From NCBI GenBank assembly GCA_016874845.1, contig VGSZ01000001.1, positions 4,581 through 68,580 of the forward strand: a DNA stretch of 64,000 nt. Direction: 5' to 3'. The notes below the pieces were generated by a model, which was not told the DNA's origin, did not search any database, and saw only the letters and a list, made by a program, of their open reading frames with translations. Both the position numbers and the translations under genes were made by a program. Shown here piece after piece: positions 17,268-28,653 of the stretch. The stretch's first letter is position 1, and the number at the start of each line of letters is the position of its first letter. The stretch is from Deltaproteobacteria bacterium (GTDB taxonomy: Bacteria; Myxococcota; UBA727; VGSZ01).

Positions 17268-18554
17268 TCAGCGGATGAACGGACCCCACGCCGGCGACGT
17301 GTGCTCCCCCATCGACGCCGACAGCACGGTCTGCTTCGTCCCATCGAGGTTCGCGACGACCAGCTGGCGGCTCTTGTTGCGCGTCGTCGTGAACACCAGC
17401 AGTCGCCCATTGGGCGAGAAGCTCGGCTCCTCGTTGTTGCCCTGGCCCTGGGTGATGCGCTTCAGCTCGTTGGTCGTCAGGTTCACCACGAAGATGTCGA
17501 ACGCGTTGCGCTCGTCGCGGGCGGTGAAGGCGACGTGCGTGCCGCGCGGCGAGAACGCCGGCGTCTGGTTGTACTCGCCCTTGAACGTCAGCCGCTTCGC
17601 CGCGCCACCCGACGACGCCATCACGTAGATGTCGGGATGGCCGCTCCGCGACGACACGAACGCCAGCTGCGACCCGTCGGGCGACCACGATGGCGACGTG
17701 TCGATACCCCACTGGTCGGTCAGGCGCTTCATGACCCCGCCGCCGCGATCGAGCAGGTACAGCTCGGAGTTGCCGTCCTGCGACAACGTCACCGCGATCT
17801 TCGTCCCGTCGGGGCTGACCTTGCCGCCGGTGTTCAGCCCTGGCCGCCGCGACAACGGCTTCGCCAAACCGCCATCGACGGGCTGCTCGAACAGGTCGGG
17901 GTTGTCGAAGCGGTAGCTCGTGAACAGCAGCGACCGGCCGTCGGGCGACCACGACGGCAGCAGATTCAGGCCGCCGCCCCGGGTCACCTGCCGCGCGCCC
18001 TCGCCGTCGACGTCGACGACGAAGACGTGCTTCTCGCCCTGCACCTTCTTCACCACCGCGATCTTCGACCGGAACGGACCCGGCTCGCCGGTGAACGCGC
18101 GGAACACCTCGTCAGCCGCCGCGTGGGCGAGGCCGCGGACGTCGTCGACGGCGCCGCTGAGCTTCTTGTCGAGCACCGTCTTCTGCGCCGCGACCTCGTA
18201 CGCGTACAGCGCCAACGACAACGCCCCGCCCGTCGTCGACAGCTGCGCCTTCACGACGCCCTGCGCGCCGACGTTCTGCCAGTCGGCGAAGCGCATCGCG
18301 TCCGGCGTCGTGCCGTCGGAGTCGAGGAAGCTCCGGTCGTCGAGCAGCTGGAACGCCCCCGACATCTCGAGGTCGGCGCGCAGCACCTGCGTCACCGTCT
18401 TCGCCGCACCTGCCGTCGCCGCGTCGCCGCGCACCACCGGCACCGCCAGCGGGAACGGCCGGAACGCGCCGCCCTCAACGTCGCCGACGATGGGGCCCTG
18501 TGCCCACGCCAGCGACGAACTCAACATCGACACCAGGGCCAGCACGCGTACCAT
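17268..18554 (-). CDS. tolB: Tol-Pal beta-propeller protein TolB
   Basis: Signal peptide, ADLEMSG.F, FTGEPGPF, repeated PSWSPDG (PD40) motifs. Confidence 0.93.
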   Translation of the reverse strand: MVRVLALVSMLSSSLAWAQGPIVGDVEGGAFRPFPLAVPVVRGDAATAGAAKTVTQVLRADLEMSGAFQLLDDRSFLDSDGTTPDAMRFADWQNVGAQGVVKAQLSTTGGALSLALYAYEVAAQKTVLDKKLSGAVDDVRGLAHAAADEVFRAFTGEPGPFRSKIAVVKKVQGEKHVFVVDVDGEGARQVTRGGGLNLLPSWSPDGRSLLFTSYRFDNPDLFEQPVDGGLAKPLSRRPGLNTGGKVSPDGTKIAVTLSQDGNSELYLLDRGGGVMKRLTDQWGIDTSPSWSPDGSQLAFVSSRSGHPDIYVMASSGGAAKRLTFKGEYNQTPAFSPRGTHVAFTARDERNAFDIFVVNLTTNELKRITQGQGNNEEPSFSPNGRLLVFTTTRNKSRQLVVANLDGTKQTVLSASMGEHTSPAWGPFIR

Positions 18555-18723
18555 CGTCGTCTCCGCGGTCTCGGGGGAGCGTGTGGTGATGTCCGCCACG
18601 CCGCTCGTCGGGGCATCCTTGCAGGTTCCGGCCCGGGCGCCCCGGCGATTCACTCGGCGGGTCCACGCGGCGGGTCCATTCGTCAGGTTCACTGCTCGGG
18701 GACCGGGGGACGGCAGCCGCCCC

Positions 18724-19553
18724 TCATCGGCAGCTCGTCGGACAGAAGTTGAAGCAGACGCCGGCGGCGGCGCGGGCCCGCGCAGGGGGCGGTGGCGCCG
18801 GCACCGGGCTCGCGCGGCGGGCGGCGGCGGTGACGTCGGCGTCGAACACCGGGCTGCCGCTGGTCTTCACGGTGACGTCCGAGACCACGCCGTTGTCGGC
18901 GATGCTCATGCACAAGACGGCCTTCAGGCGCACGCGCTCGTCGTCGGTGAGCACCGAGCTGACCTCCATGGCCTTCTGGATGCGGGCGGTGACGCGAGCG
19001 AAGTACGACTGCGCCACCTCGCCGTCGAGCGCCGTGCCCTCCCGGTCGCCGTGCTCCTGGCCCTCGTCGGTCTCCTCGCCGATCTTGTTCTTGATCAGGT
19101 CGTCGAGGCTCTTCTTCGAGTTGTCGCTGCGGAACTTGTCGAGGATGTCCGCCGCCGACTGCCTCGGCTCGGGCTTCGTTGGCTCGGGCTTCGTCGGCTG
19201 CGACTTGTCGAGCTTCGGCGCAGGCTTCTTGTCCGGCGGCGTCGGCGGCGTCGAAGTCGGCAGCCGTGGCAGCAGCTTCTCGTCGCGCGGCTTGCCGAGC
19301 TTCACGAGCCGCGTCTTCACCACCGCGGCGTCCAGATCGACGGCCCGCCTTGGCGCCTGCGGCAGGAGCGCCCACGCCGACAACGCGAAGCCGTGGACCC
19401 CGAGGCTCACCACGAGCATCACCGTCAGCCGCCGCCGCTGCCGGGCGTGGCGCGCGGCAAGGGTCGTCGCTGGCCCGCTCGTCGGCGACGGCCGCGACGG
19501 ACCGCTGACCTCGGCCAGCGCAGGCAGCGTCGAGCCGGGGCCGGTCTGCCCGT

Positions 19554-19557
<4 letters not shown>
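18724..19557 (-). CDS. tolA: TolA/TonB-like energy transducer
   Basis: TM with SLGVH, Pro/Lys-rich linker, C-terminal TSG..VFD..AARRASP. Lies between tolR and tolB. Confidence 0.8.
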
Positions 19558-19976
<419 letters not shown>

Positions 19977-20132
19977 CACCGCCTCTTTCGCTCGCGCACC
20001 ACGAACGAGGAACGTGCGAGCCCCGCCAGGGATTCGCACCCGCCGGTCAGCCCGGCGTGCACCCAGTCACCGCCCGCCGCGCGCCCCGTCGGAGACGCAG
20101 CGACGACGACCGGTGGCGCGGCGGCGCCGCGA

Positions 20133-20693
20133 TCAGCGCGGACCGCCCGGAGGGCCTATCGGACCCGGCGGCCGCACGCCGGCGCGCGAGCGCGCGATGG
20201 CCTGCTGCACCTCGACGAACGACATCTTCAGCTCGGTAACCGCCGCGCCGAGCAGCTCGTTCTCGTCGGGCTCAAGGTTGCCCTCGGTCTTCGTCTTCAA
20301 GAGCTCGAGGATGTCGATGGTGTCGCGCGCCTGCTCGAGCGCCAGCTCGCGCTGGCCGTGCGGCCACGGGATCAAGCCCATCTGCATCAGCGCCTGCTGC
20401 GCCAACGACTGCACGAACATCGAGAACGTCAGCCCGCTGGCGGTCTTGACCGCCTTGGCCTTCGGCCGCGGCGCCTCGGGCGGCTCTCTGGCTGGCGCTG
20501 CGGATGACGCCATCGACGACGGCGACGCCATTGACGCCGGCGCCGCGGCGGCGGGCGCCGGCTCGATGCGCCCTGGCTCGACGCGCACCGGGTCGGCCCT
20601 CGGCACGTCGGGGCCCTCACGCTCGTCGCCCTCGTCGGTGAAGCGACGACGGTCGACGACCTTGAAGCTCGGTTTCTTTTCGCCTTCGGACAC
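20133..20693 (-). CDS. DUF1844-like protein
   Basis: FKVVDRRRF, QALMQMG, ARDTIDILELLKTKTEGNL. Confidence 0.8.
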   Translation of the reverse strand: MSEGEKKPSFKVVDRRRFTDEGDEREGPDVPRADPVRVEPGRIEPAPAAAAPASMASPSSMASSAAPAREPPEAPRPKAKAVKTASGLTFSMFVQSLAQQALMQMGLIPWPHGQRELALEQARDTIDILELLKTKTEGNLEPDENELLGAAVTELKMSFVEVQQAIARSRAGVRPPGPIGPPGGPR

Positions 20694-20721
20694 GATGACC
20701 TCCCGGGGCTCGTGGCGGGCG

Positions 20722-20904
20722 TCAGCCCTGGTTCGGGTAGACGATGCCGGCGATGTTGTCGGCCTTGTCGGCGAGGTCGGGCAGGTCCTTCAGGTGCTTC
20801 TCGAGGTCGTCGCGCGTGATCTTGCCGCGGGCGACGAGGCGGTCGCTCAGGCGCTTGTCGATCAGAGGCTTGTCGTCGGTGGTCTTCTTCTTCTGGTCGG
20901 CCAT
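20722..20904 (-). CDS. Small conserved-looking hypothetical protein (60 aa)
   Basis: GAGG RBS, typical codon use, DKRL..R...GKITRDDLEKHLKDLPD. Confidence 0.7.
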   Translation of the reverse strand: MADQKKKTTDDKPLIDKRLSDRLVARGKITRDDLEKHLKDLPDLADKADNIAGIVYPNQG

Positions 20905-21027
20905 GGGGCACCTCGGGTGGCGACGGCCGGACGAGCCGGCGCGGCGCGCAGGAACAAAGGGGTTCAACCGCGCTATGGGATCTTGCGCCGTCGACGTCAA
21001 CGCAGGCGTTTCTGTAGGCTCCCGGCC

Positions 21028-21687
21028 ATGAGCGACAAGCGCGCCCCACCGGGCCCGGCTGACGACGACACCCGCGCCGCCGACGCGCGCTGCGACCACG
21101 CCGACGCTGGCGGCGACGCTGGCGGCGACGCTGGGGCCGACGCTGGCGGCGGCACGGGCGACGGGCAGGGGGCCGCGGCGCGGGCCCAGGAGGCTGCGCG
21201 CGCCGCCGTCGTCCGCGGACGCGACCTGTCGCGCGAGGGCTGGCGGTCGTTCCGCGCCCGGTCGGTCTACTTCCAGCTGCGTACGGGCGTCGTGCTCCTG
21301 TGGATCGCGATCGCGGCGCTGACCATCGCCCTCGCGCCGCCCACCCCCAACGACTTCGTCGTCGAGCGGCGCGACCTGTCGTTCGGGCTCGCCAACCGCA
21401 CCGCCCTCGTGATCGTGAACCAGAACTCTGGCGACCGCGACGCCTGCGTGCTCGAGGTGCAGGGCGTCGAGACCGACTTCGACAGCCGTCGCCTCGCCCC
21501 CGGCCGCTGGCGCACCAGGCCCTTCGCCCTCGCCGAAGGCGAGAAGAAGACGCTGTTCACCGAAGAGCTCTTCGACGACCGCGGCCACAGCCCGAGCTAC
21601 CAGCTCGAGGTCACCGCGGCCCGCCTGTTCGAAGACGACGACGTCCTGTGGAGCGGCACCCCTGCCCGCGCGCCCGGCGCTCGTTAG
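21028..21687 (+). CDS. Hypothetical single-TM protein
   Basis: ATG 21028, one TM helix, normal codon bias. Confidence 0.65.
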   Translation: MSDKRAPPGPADDDTRAADARCDHADAGGDAGGDAGADAGGGTGDGQGAAARAQEAARAAVVRGRDLSREGWRSFRARSVYFQLRTGVVLLWIAIAALTIALAPPTPNDFVVERRDLSFGLANRTALVIVNQNSGDRDACVLEVQGVETDFDSRRLAPGRWRTRPFALAEGEKKTLFTEELFDDRGHSPSYQLEVTAARLFEDDDVLWSGTPARAPGAR

Positions 21688-21721
21688 TCTCTCTCCGTCC
21701 GCTCCGACCCGAAGGATCCTC

Positions 21722-22717
21722 GTGCACGTCCTCCTCACCGGCGCCGCCGGCTTCATCGGCTCCCACGTCAGCGAGGCCCTGCTCGCCCGCGGCGACGTCG
21801 TCACCGGCGTCGACGAGTTCAACGCCTTCTACGACCCGCGCGTCAAGGAGGAGCACGCCGCGCTGCTGCAGGCGCACCCCCGCTTCGCGCTGGTGCGCGG
21901 CTCGATCCTCGACCCCGCCGTGCGCGCCCGCGCCTTCGCCCCCCGCGTCGTGAACGACGTCTCCCGCCGGCCCGACGTCGTCGTGCACCTCGCCGCCTGG
22001 GCCGGGGTGCGCCCGAGCATCGAGCAGCCGGCGCTGTACCAGCGCGAGAACGTCGAGGGCACCGTCGCCATGCTCGACGCCGCTCGCGCCACGCGGACCG
22101 TCGCCGGCGCGCCGCCGCGCTTCGTCTTCGCGTCGTCGTCGTCGGTGTACGGCGGCAACACGAAGGTGCCGTTCCACGAGGACGACCCCGTCGACCACCC
22201 GGTCTCGCCCTACGCCGCCACCAAGCGTGCCGGCGAGCTGCTGCTGTACACCTACAGCCATCTATATGGCATTTTTTCAACGTCCCTACGCTTCTTTACT
22301 GTGTACGGTCCGCGGCAGCGCCCCGAGATGGCGATCCACAAGTTCGCCCAGCTGATCTCCGACGGCAAGCCGGTGCCTCGCTACGGCGACGGCTCGACGG
22401 CGCGCGACTATACGTTCATCGAGGATATCGTGTCGGGGGTGGTGGCGTCGGTAGATCGCTGTACGGGGCCAGCGTTCCGCATCTACAACCTCGGCAACTC
22501 GCGCACGGTGCGGCTCGACGAGCTCATCGACCAGCTGGCGGCGGCGCTCGGCGTGCCGGCGCAGATCCAGGTCCTGCCCGACCAGCCCGGCGACGTGCCG
22601 CTGACCTTCGCCGACGTGTCGCGGGCGCGCGCCGAGCTTGGCTACGCGCCGGCGACGCCGCTTGCTCCGGGGCTGGCCCGCTTCGCCGCGTGGCTCCTGG
22701 CGCGGCGGCAGCGATGA
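21722..22717 (+). CDS. NAD-dependent epimerase (UDP-glucuronate 4-epimerase-like)
   Basis: TGAAGFIG, HLAAWAGVRPS, ASSSSVYG, SPYAATK, RFFTVYGPRQRP. Confidence 0.93.
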   Translation: MHVLLTGAAGFIGSHVSEALLARGDVVTGVDEFNAFYDPRVKEEHAALLQAHPRFALVRGSILDPAVRARAFAPRVVNDVSRRPDVVVHLAAWAGVRPSIEQPALYQRENVEGTVAMLDAARATRTVAGAPPRFVFASSSSVYGGNTKVPFHEDDPVDHPVSPYAATKRAGELLLYTYSHLYGIFSTSLRFFTVYGPRQRPEMAIHKFAQLISDGKPVPRYGDGSTARDYTFIEDIVSGVVASVDRCTGPAFRIYNLGNSRTVRLDELIDQLAAALGVPAQIQVLPDQPGDVPLTFADVSRARAELGYAPATPLAPGLARFAAWLLARRQR

Positions 22718-24459
22718 CGAACACGACGACGATGATGACGACCGGGCCGAACGCCGGAGGCAACGCCCCGCAGCTGCGGCTGACGCCGCTCGGCGGCGTT
22801 GGGCGGTTCGGGCGCAATTGTCTGCTGGTCGAGGACGGCGCCAGCGGCGCGGCGATCGTCATCGACTGCGGCGTGCGCTTCGCCGGGCCAGAGCTGCCGG
22901 GCTTCGACGCCGGCCTGCCCGACCTGGAGCGGCTCGCCAGCGTCGGCGACCGCCTGCTCGCCTACGTCATCACCCACGGGCACGAGGACCACATCGGCGC
23001 GCTGCCCTTCGCGCTGCGCGAGCGGCCGGCGAAGGTGGTGTGCACGTCGTTCTCGCGGCACTTCGTGCAGCGCCGCTGTGAGCGCCACGGCGTCAAGGTC
23101 GACCTTGACGTCGTCGACTACGGCGTCGAGCGCGCCGTCGGCCCGTTCGGCGTCACGCTGGCGGCGGTGAGCCACTCGATCCCCGGGGCGGCCAGCGTCG
23201 TGCTGCGTACGCCGGTGGGGCTCGTCGTGCACTCGGGCGACTTCCGCGTCGACGACGACCCCGTCTTCGGCCCGCCCACTGACCTCGTGACCCTGACCCG
23301 CGCCGGCGACCAGGGCGTGGCCTGCCTGCTCGCCGATTCGACGGGCGCGGCGCTGCCAGGCAAGAACGCCGGCGAACGCGCCGTCGCCGCCGGCCTCGAC
23401 GCCTGCTTCGTCGACGTCGCCGGCGCGCCGCTGCGCGGCGCGCTGTTCGTGACGCTGTTCGCGAGCCACCTGCAGCGGCTGGCGCTGCTGGTGGAAGCGT
23501 GTCGTCGACACGGACGGCGGCTGGTGCCCGTCGGGCGCGGCCTGAAGGAGGCGATGCGCATGGCCCTCGCCGAGGGCGCCCTGCAGGGCGACGACGTGTG
23601 GATCGACGAGAGCGCCGCGCGGGCGCTGCCGCGCCACCTCGTCTGCGTCGCGCTGACCGGCAGCCAGGGCGAGCCGCAGGCGGCCCTCGCCCGGCTGGCG
23701 CGGGCGCTGTCGACGACGGACGCGGCAGGCGCGGGCGGCGGCGGCGGCGGCGTCGGCTACCCGGCCCAGCGCGGCGACCGCGTCGTGTGGTCGGCGCGCG
23801 TGATCCCCGGCAACGAGCTTTCCGTGCAGCCCCTCGTCGACGCCTTCGCCGACGGCGGCGTCGACGTCGTCGCCGGGCGGCGCGCGCCCCACGTCTCGGG
23901 GCACGGCCACGAAGAGGACCTGCGCCTGCTGCTGGCGGCGACGCGGCCGCGGGCGTTCGTCGCGCTGCACGGCAACCCCGAGCACCTCGTGGCCCACGGC
24001 GCGCTGGCGGCGGGGCTGGGCATCGCGCCGCGCGGCATCGTCGGGCTGCGCGACGGACACACGCTGGTGCTGCAGCGCGACGACGACGACGTCCGGCTGG
24101 CTCACGTGGCCGGCGAGCGGGCGCAGGAGCCGGCGGCGCAGGGCGGCGACGTGGCCTGGTTCCCGCGCGGGATCGCGCTCGCCCGCGCGCGCATGGGGAC
24201 CGGCGGCGTCGTGGTCGTCGTCGTCGACCACGAGGGCGTCGTCGCCGCCCACGGCCGCGGGGTGTTTCCCGCGCTGGACGACGACCCGCTGTGGGTGCGG
24301 GCGCGCGGCGCCCTGCACGAGGCGGTGCGCGCCCGCGGCAGCGTCGACGACGAAACCGTCCGCGCGGTGGCGCGCCTGTACCGCCGCGCCGACCGCGCGG
24401 CCCCCGAGCTCGTCGTCGTCTCCGAGCCTCGCCTGACGTCGCCGTCCGGCCTTGAGTAG
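22714..24459 (+). CDS. rnj: Ribonuclease J
   Basis: PLGG.G.FG.N, ITHGHEDHIGA, HSIP, HSGDF, TGSQGEP, IPGNE, HVSGHG. ATGA overlap with the epimerase. Confidence 0.9.
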   Translation: MTNTTTMMTTGPNAGGNAPQLRLTPLGGVGRFGRNCLLVEDGASGAAIVIDCGVRFAGPELPGFDAGLPDLERLASVGDRLLAYVITHGHEDHIGALPFALRERPAKVVCTSFSRHFVQRRCERHGVKVDLDVVDYGVERAVGPFGVTLAAVSHSIPGAASVVLRTPVGLVVHSGDFRVDDDPVFGPPTDLVTLTRAGDQGVACLLADSTGAALPGKNAGERAVAAGLDACFVDVAGAPLRGALFVTLFASHLQRLALLVEACRRHGRRLVPVGRGLKEAMRMALAEGALQGDDVWIDESAARALPRHLVCVALTGSQGEPQAALARLARALSTTDAAGAGGGGGGVGYPAQRGDRVVWSARVIPGNELSVQPLVDAFADGGVDVVAGRRAPHVSGHGHEEDLRLLLAATRPRAFVALHGNPEHLVAHGALAAGLGIAPRGIVGLRDGHTLVLQRDDDDVRLAHVAGERAQEPAAQGGDVAWFPRGIALARARMGTGGVVVVVVDHEGVVAAHGRGVFPALDDDPLWVRARGALHEAVRARGSVDDETVRAVARLYRRADRAAPELVVVSEPRLTSPSGLE

Positions 24460-24660
24460 AGGTACCCAAAAGATACACGGTGGGTCGAGGCGACACGGTG
24501 CGGTATCAGCCCCCTACCGTTCAATCACAAACGATGCGTCGGTAGGTTTTTTCGTCGGCGCGCGAGGATTGACGTCGATGACAGTGGCGGCGGCGGCGCG
24601 CTGTCGCTCCAACCTCCAGATCGGTGGCGTGCCGCTTGCTACTGCTGCATCGAGGCTCTC

Positions 24661-25350
24661 GTGAAACGTCGAACTCAGGAACTTCAGGTCGCCGTGGCGC
24701 GTCGCCTCTCTTCGCTTCGTCAGGCCCGTGGGCTGACGCAGGAGGGCGTCGCTGACCGTCTGGGGATCGCGTCCCAGAACATCCAGCGCATCGAGAGCGG
24801 CCGTCAGAACCTGACGCTGCAGACCATCGAGCGCGTCTCCGGGGCGTTGGGCGTCGCCATCGACGACGTCCTGCACGTCACCGCCGGTCCGGGGGCTCGA
24901 CCGCGCTTTCTCGAGGTCGAGCGCGCCGGCGTGCTGCGGGTGTCGGCGGAGCCGCCAGTGCCGGTGCCGGTGTTCCGGCTGTCCGACGGCGCGCGCTTCG
25001 CGCGGGGCACCCGCCCGTCGCCCCTTGGCTGGGCCGTCTTCGCCGAGGACGTCGAGCCCGGCGCCTTCATCGTGCGCGTCGAGGGCTCGGCGATGGAGCC
25101 GCGCATCCCCGACGGCGCCTGGTCGCTGTTCCGCCCGCTGAAGCGGCCCCCGACGCCGCGCAGCCACGTGCTCGTCGCCCTCGGCAGCGGCGACGACGTC
25201 GAAGTGATCGTGCGTCGCCTGGACAGCGACGACGGCGGCCGGCTGACCCTGTCGACGCTGCAGCCCGGCGAGGCGCCCCTCGTCACCGGCGGCGACATCG
25301 AGGTCCGGGTGCTCGCCGAATTCGTCCGCACTGTCGCCCACGACAGCTGA
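24661..25350 (+). CDS. XRE-family HTH regulator with an S24-like C-terminal domain
   Basis: LRQARGLTQE.VA..LGI....IQRIESG..N and VRVEGSAMEPRIPDG. Confidence 0.85.
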   Translation: MKRRTQELQVAVARRLSSLRQARGLTQEGVADRLGIASQNIQRIESGRQNLTLQTIERVSGALGVAIDDVLHVTAGPGARPRFLEVERAGVLRVSAEPPVPVPVFRLSDGARFARGTRPSPLGWAVFAEDVEPGAFIVRVEGSAMEPRIPDGAWSLFRPLKRPPTPRSHVLVALGSGDDVEVIVRRLDSDDGGRLTLSTLQPGEAPLVTGGDIEVRVLAEFVRTVAHDS

Positions 25351-25442
25351 CGAGCGGCCGCTGACGAGCTGACGCGGGCTGCTCCCACGAGCTCGGGCCG
25401 ACGCAGGGCGGAAGGGCGGCAGCCGGGCAGCGCCCGCCCCGC

Positions 25443-26720
25443 TTATCCGTGGGGCAACGTCGGCACGGTGAAGCACAGCGTCCACGCCTGCCACGGTGTG
25501 CGGCGCGCCTCGGCCCAGGCCACCACGCCGACCATCGCCGCCGCCATGCGCTCCTCGGCGTCGTCGGGCAGGCCACGGCCGCGAAACGTCACCCGCTCCC
25601 AGACGGCCACCGCGTCGCGCAGCCCGGGCACGGCCTTGGGGCGGCGTCGCCCGCGACGTCGCGGGCGGCCTGCACCAGCCCGCGCGGCGCCTGCAGCGCG
25701 CCGTCGACGACGACGCCCGCCTCGGCGAGCGCCACCAGCGCCCGCCCGTAGCGGCGCCGCACCCGCTCGGTGGGCGGCAGCGACGCGGCGGGCGTGGCCA
25801 GCGCCGCCAGGCGACGACGACGCAGCACCGGCAGCAGCGGCCCCCCCGACAGCGGCGCCGCCGGCGATCGCCTTGACCGCGTCGTCGCCCACCGCGGGAA
25901 GCGCAGCCACGATGCGCTGCAGCGCCGGCACGAGCGCGTCGGCGTCCGGCGGCCGCCACGACGGTGACGACGGCGGCGTCGACGCGGTCGGCGTCGTTGT
26001 CGACGCGTCCGGCGACGCGCGCACCGGCGCCGGGCGCGTGCGCAGCAGGAACGGCGTGACCAGCAGGCCCGCAAGCGCCAGCACGACGACGAGCAGGGTC
26101 GCCCGCCCCCGGTGCGCGCCCGAAGGCGCCGGCGCCTCGGCCCGCACCGGCCGTCGCGGCCAGCGCGTTCGCGACACCGCCTGCCGTGCGGCGACGGTGG
26201 CGATGAAGAACGCGACGACGACGACGACGAGCAGCGTCGAGGTCCCGTCCCACAGGCCGAGCCGGTCCTGCCGCCCCGCCGCGACCCCGCCGCGGTGGTT
26301 CAGCCACTCGCCGGCGGCCGCCACGTGCAGCCCCATCGGCAGCCACAGCGCCCACAGGTCGGCGCGCGGCGCCAGCAGGCGGAACGACGACGTGGCGCCC
26401 CACGACGCCCCACCGCCCAGCGCCACCAGCATCCGCTGCGGCGAATGCGTCAGGTCGAGCGCGCCGCCCAGCACCACCGCCGCCACACCGACGAGGTAGC
26501 TGCCGATGACGAACACCCAGCCGCGCAGGCACGCGCGGGCGCACGCTGCCCCGACCGCGAACCCCGGCCCGATCCCCGCCACCGCCTCCGCCGCCTCCGC
26601 CGACCACCGTTTGCCGTCGACGACGACCAGCGCCACCGTGCCCGACAACACCGCCGCGCCGTAGACGACGTACGCCCGCCGCACCGCCGCCTCCGCCGCC
26701 GCTGCGCCGCCCGCGCTCAT
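25443..26720 (-). pseudogene. Multi-TM membrane protein with DUF4129-like tail and two compensating frameshifts
   Basis: ATG 26720. Plausible protein (PLLPVLRRRRL...ERVRRRYGRAL) lies in the alternative frame between about 25845 (C7 run) and about 25640. Confidence 0.55.
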
Positions 26721-28330
26721 GCCGCCGCTGATGCCACCCTCCGCGTCGCAGGTCGGCCGCCCCCGTTGATCGTTGCTCTCGTCGTCGTCGTCGCCTGCGG
26801 GGCCGTGGCCGGCGTCAGTACGAGCGCCGCGCCGCGCGCCACCATGAGGCGGTCGCCGGGCCGCGGCGCGCGCCGCGAGGCGCTCCTTGTCGCGTCGCCG
26901 CCGCGCGACGACGAGGTCGGCGCGGTGCTCGTCGCTGCCCGCCGCATGGTCGACGAAGAACAGCCGGCGCCACGACCACCGCGCCACATCGGGCAGCGTG
27001 GCTGGCACCCGCGCGTCGTCGTCGACGCCCAGCGCGGCGGTGACCACCACCACGTCGCCACGCGCGTCGACGACGTCCTGCAGCGGCACCCGTGACTGCG
27101 GCGAGGCGCGCGCCCCGAGGTCGCGCCACGCGCTCTCGCGCCTGGTGCGCCCCGGCAGCGACCGCACGCCCACGGCCCTGTCGGTCGCTGCGACGTCGCC
27201 GGTCGCAGCTTTCTCGGACAGCGCCGCGACCAGCACGACGTCGTGGCCCTGCGCCCGCAGCGCCCGCGCGACGCCCAGGGCCGTGTCGACCACGGCGTCG
27301 AGCACGCCGTGCAGCGCGGCCTCGTCGTCGCCGGTGCGGGCCAGGCCCGCCGGCGCGAAGGTGTCGAGCACGACCTGGACCTCGCGCCGCGGCGCCGGAT
27401 CGTGCTCGGGCGTGCGTACGATCCACTCGCCGGCCCGCACGCTCTGCCGCCAGTGGATCCGCCGCGCGTCGTCGCCCGTGACCCACGGCCGCAGCGCCAG
27501 CAGGTCCTCGCGCGGCCGCGGCCGGGGCACCAGCTCGTCATCGGGCTGCGTCGACGACGACCACAGCGCGCTGGCGCCGTGCACCGTCCGCGGCGCGGGC
27601 AGCACCTTGCACGTCGCCGCCGACGTCACGCCGACCACCACGCCGGTCAGACCGAGCAGGTCCTCGACGATCAACGTGGCCGACGGCCGCCGGTGCACGC
27701 CCCGCGGCGCCGGCGGCAGCAGCGCCCCCTGCGCCCGCTGGCAGCGACGACGAGGGTCGCCGCCGACAAACAACCGGCTCTCGCCGCCCAGGCGCGCCGG
27801 CAGCGGCCCCACGATGCGCAGCCCGAACCCCGCCGGCGCTACGCCGTCGAGCACGAGCGTGTCGTGCAGCGGCGTGCCCAGAGGCGCCACCGCCGGCTGC
27901 ACGCTGCGCTGCGCGCCCCGGGGCGCGCTGCCCGGCGTGGCGACGTCGCCGTCGAGCCGCACGCCGACGCTGGCGACGACGCTGGTGGTGGCCAACAGCG
28001 CCAGCGCCGCGGCCAGCAGCACCACCGCGAACACCGCGAAGCCGGCGAAGCCGCTGGCGATGGCCCCGAACAGCCCGACGAGGCCGGTGACGAACAACCA
28101 GCCGCCCCGGCGCGTCAGGAGCACCACGGCGTCGGCGAGGACGCCGAGCGCGTCGTCGACCACGGGCGATGTCGTCGTCGAGCGCGCGGCGCGCTGGCGC
28201 CACAGCCGCCGCGCGCGCACGACGACGCCGGCGAGCTACAGCGCGACCAGCGGGACCGCGGTCATCGCGGTGGTCAACTCCAGCGAGGAAACGACCCGCG
28301 CACCGCAGCTGGCCAAGGGAGCAAAGGCCA
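26717..28330 (-). pseudogene. DUF58 (MoxR-associated vWA-like) protein, disrupted
   Basis: RGVH...EDLLGL, LRPWVTGDDARRIHWRQS and VVLD motifs. In-frame TAG at 28236-28238 and a probable frameshift near 26860. The 5' limit is uncertain. Confidence 0.7.
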
Positions 28331-28388
28331 GCTTGATGGGCTGCGGAGCCCGGGTCGTTTTCCGGTGCCAGCGCCTCCAGGAGGCGTT

Positions 28389-28429
28389 GGGGCTTCCGAA
28401 GGGGTGCGGCGCAACGCGTCCCTTCGGTC
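28389..28429. repeat. GC-rich intergenic hairpin, REP-like
   Basis: CCGAAGGG...CCCTTCGG stem. Confidence 0.4.
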
Positions 28430-28653
28430 GCGCCGAAGGCGTAGGTGGCCATGCCGCAAGGCGAGCAGTGGAGGACGGCCGAAAGAGAAAACCTCGTCGG
28501 AGACCTGTCCGCCCGAGCTGCCGCGCGAGCGAAGCCAGCGAAGAGCGCGAAGAGAAGAAGAGAAGAAGAGAAGAAGAGAAAAAGGTAACCGTCCGGCCTG
28601 TGTCGTCGTGCACGTGTAGCCCGGCCCCGGCAGGGGTGGCGCCGGAGGTCACG

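Noticed and set aside
24460..24560. Possible riboswitch or ncRNA after rnj
   Set aside because: Only a 7-bp stem with a long loop and a T-run. No aptamer consensus recognised.
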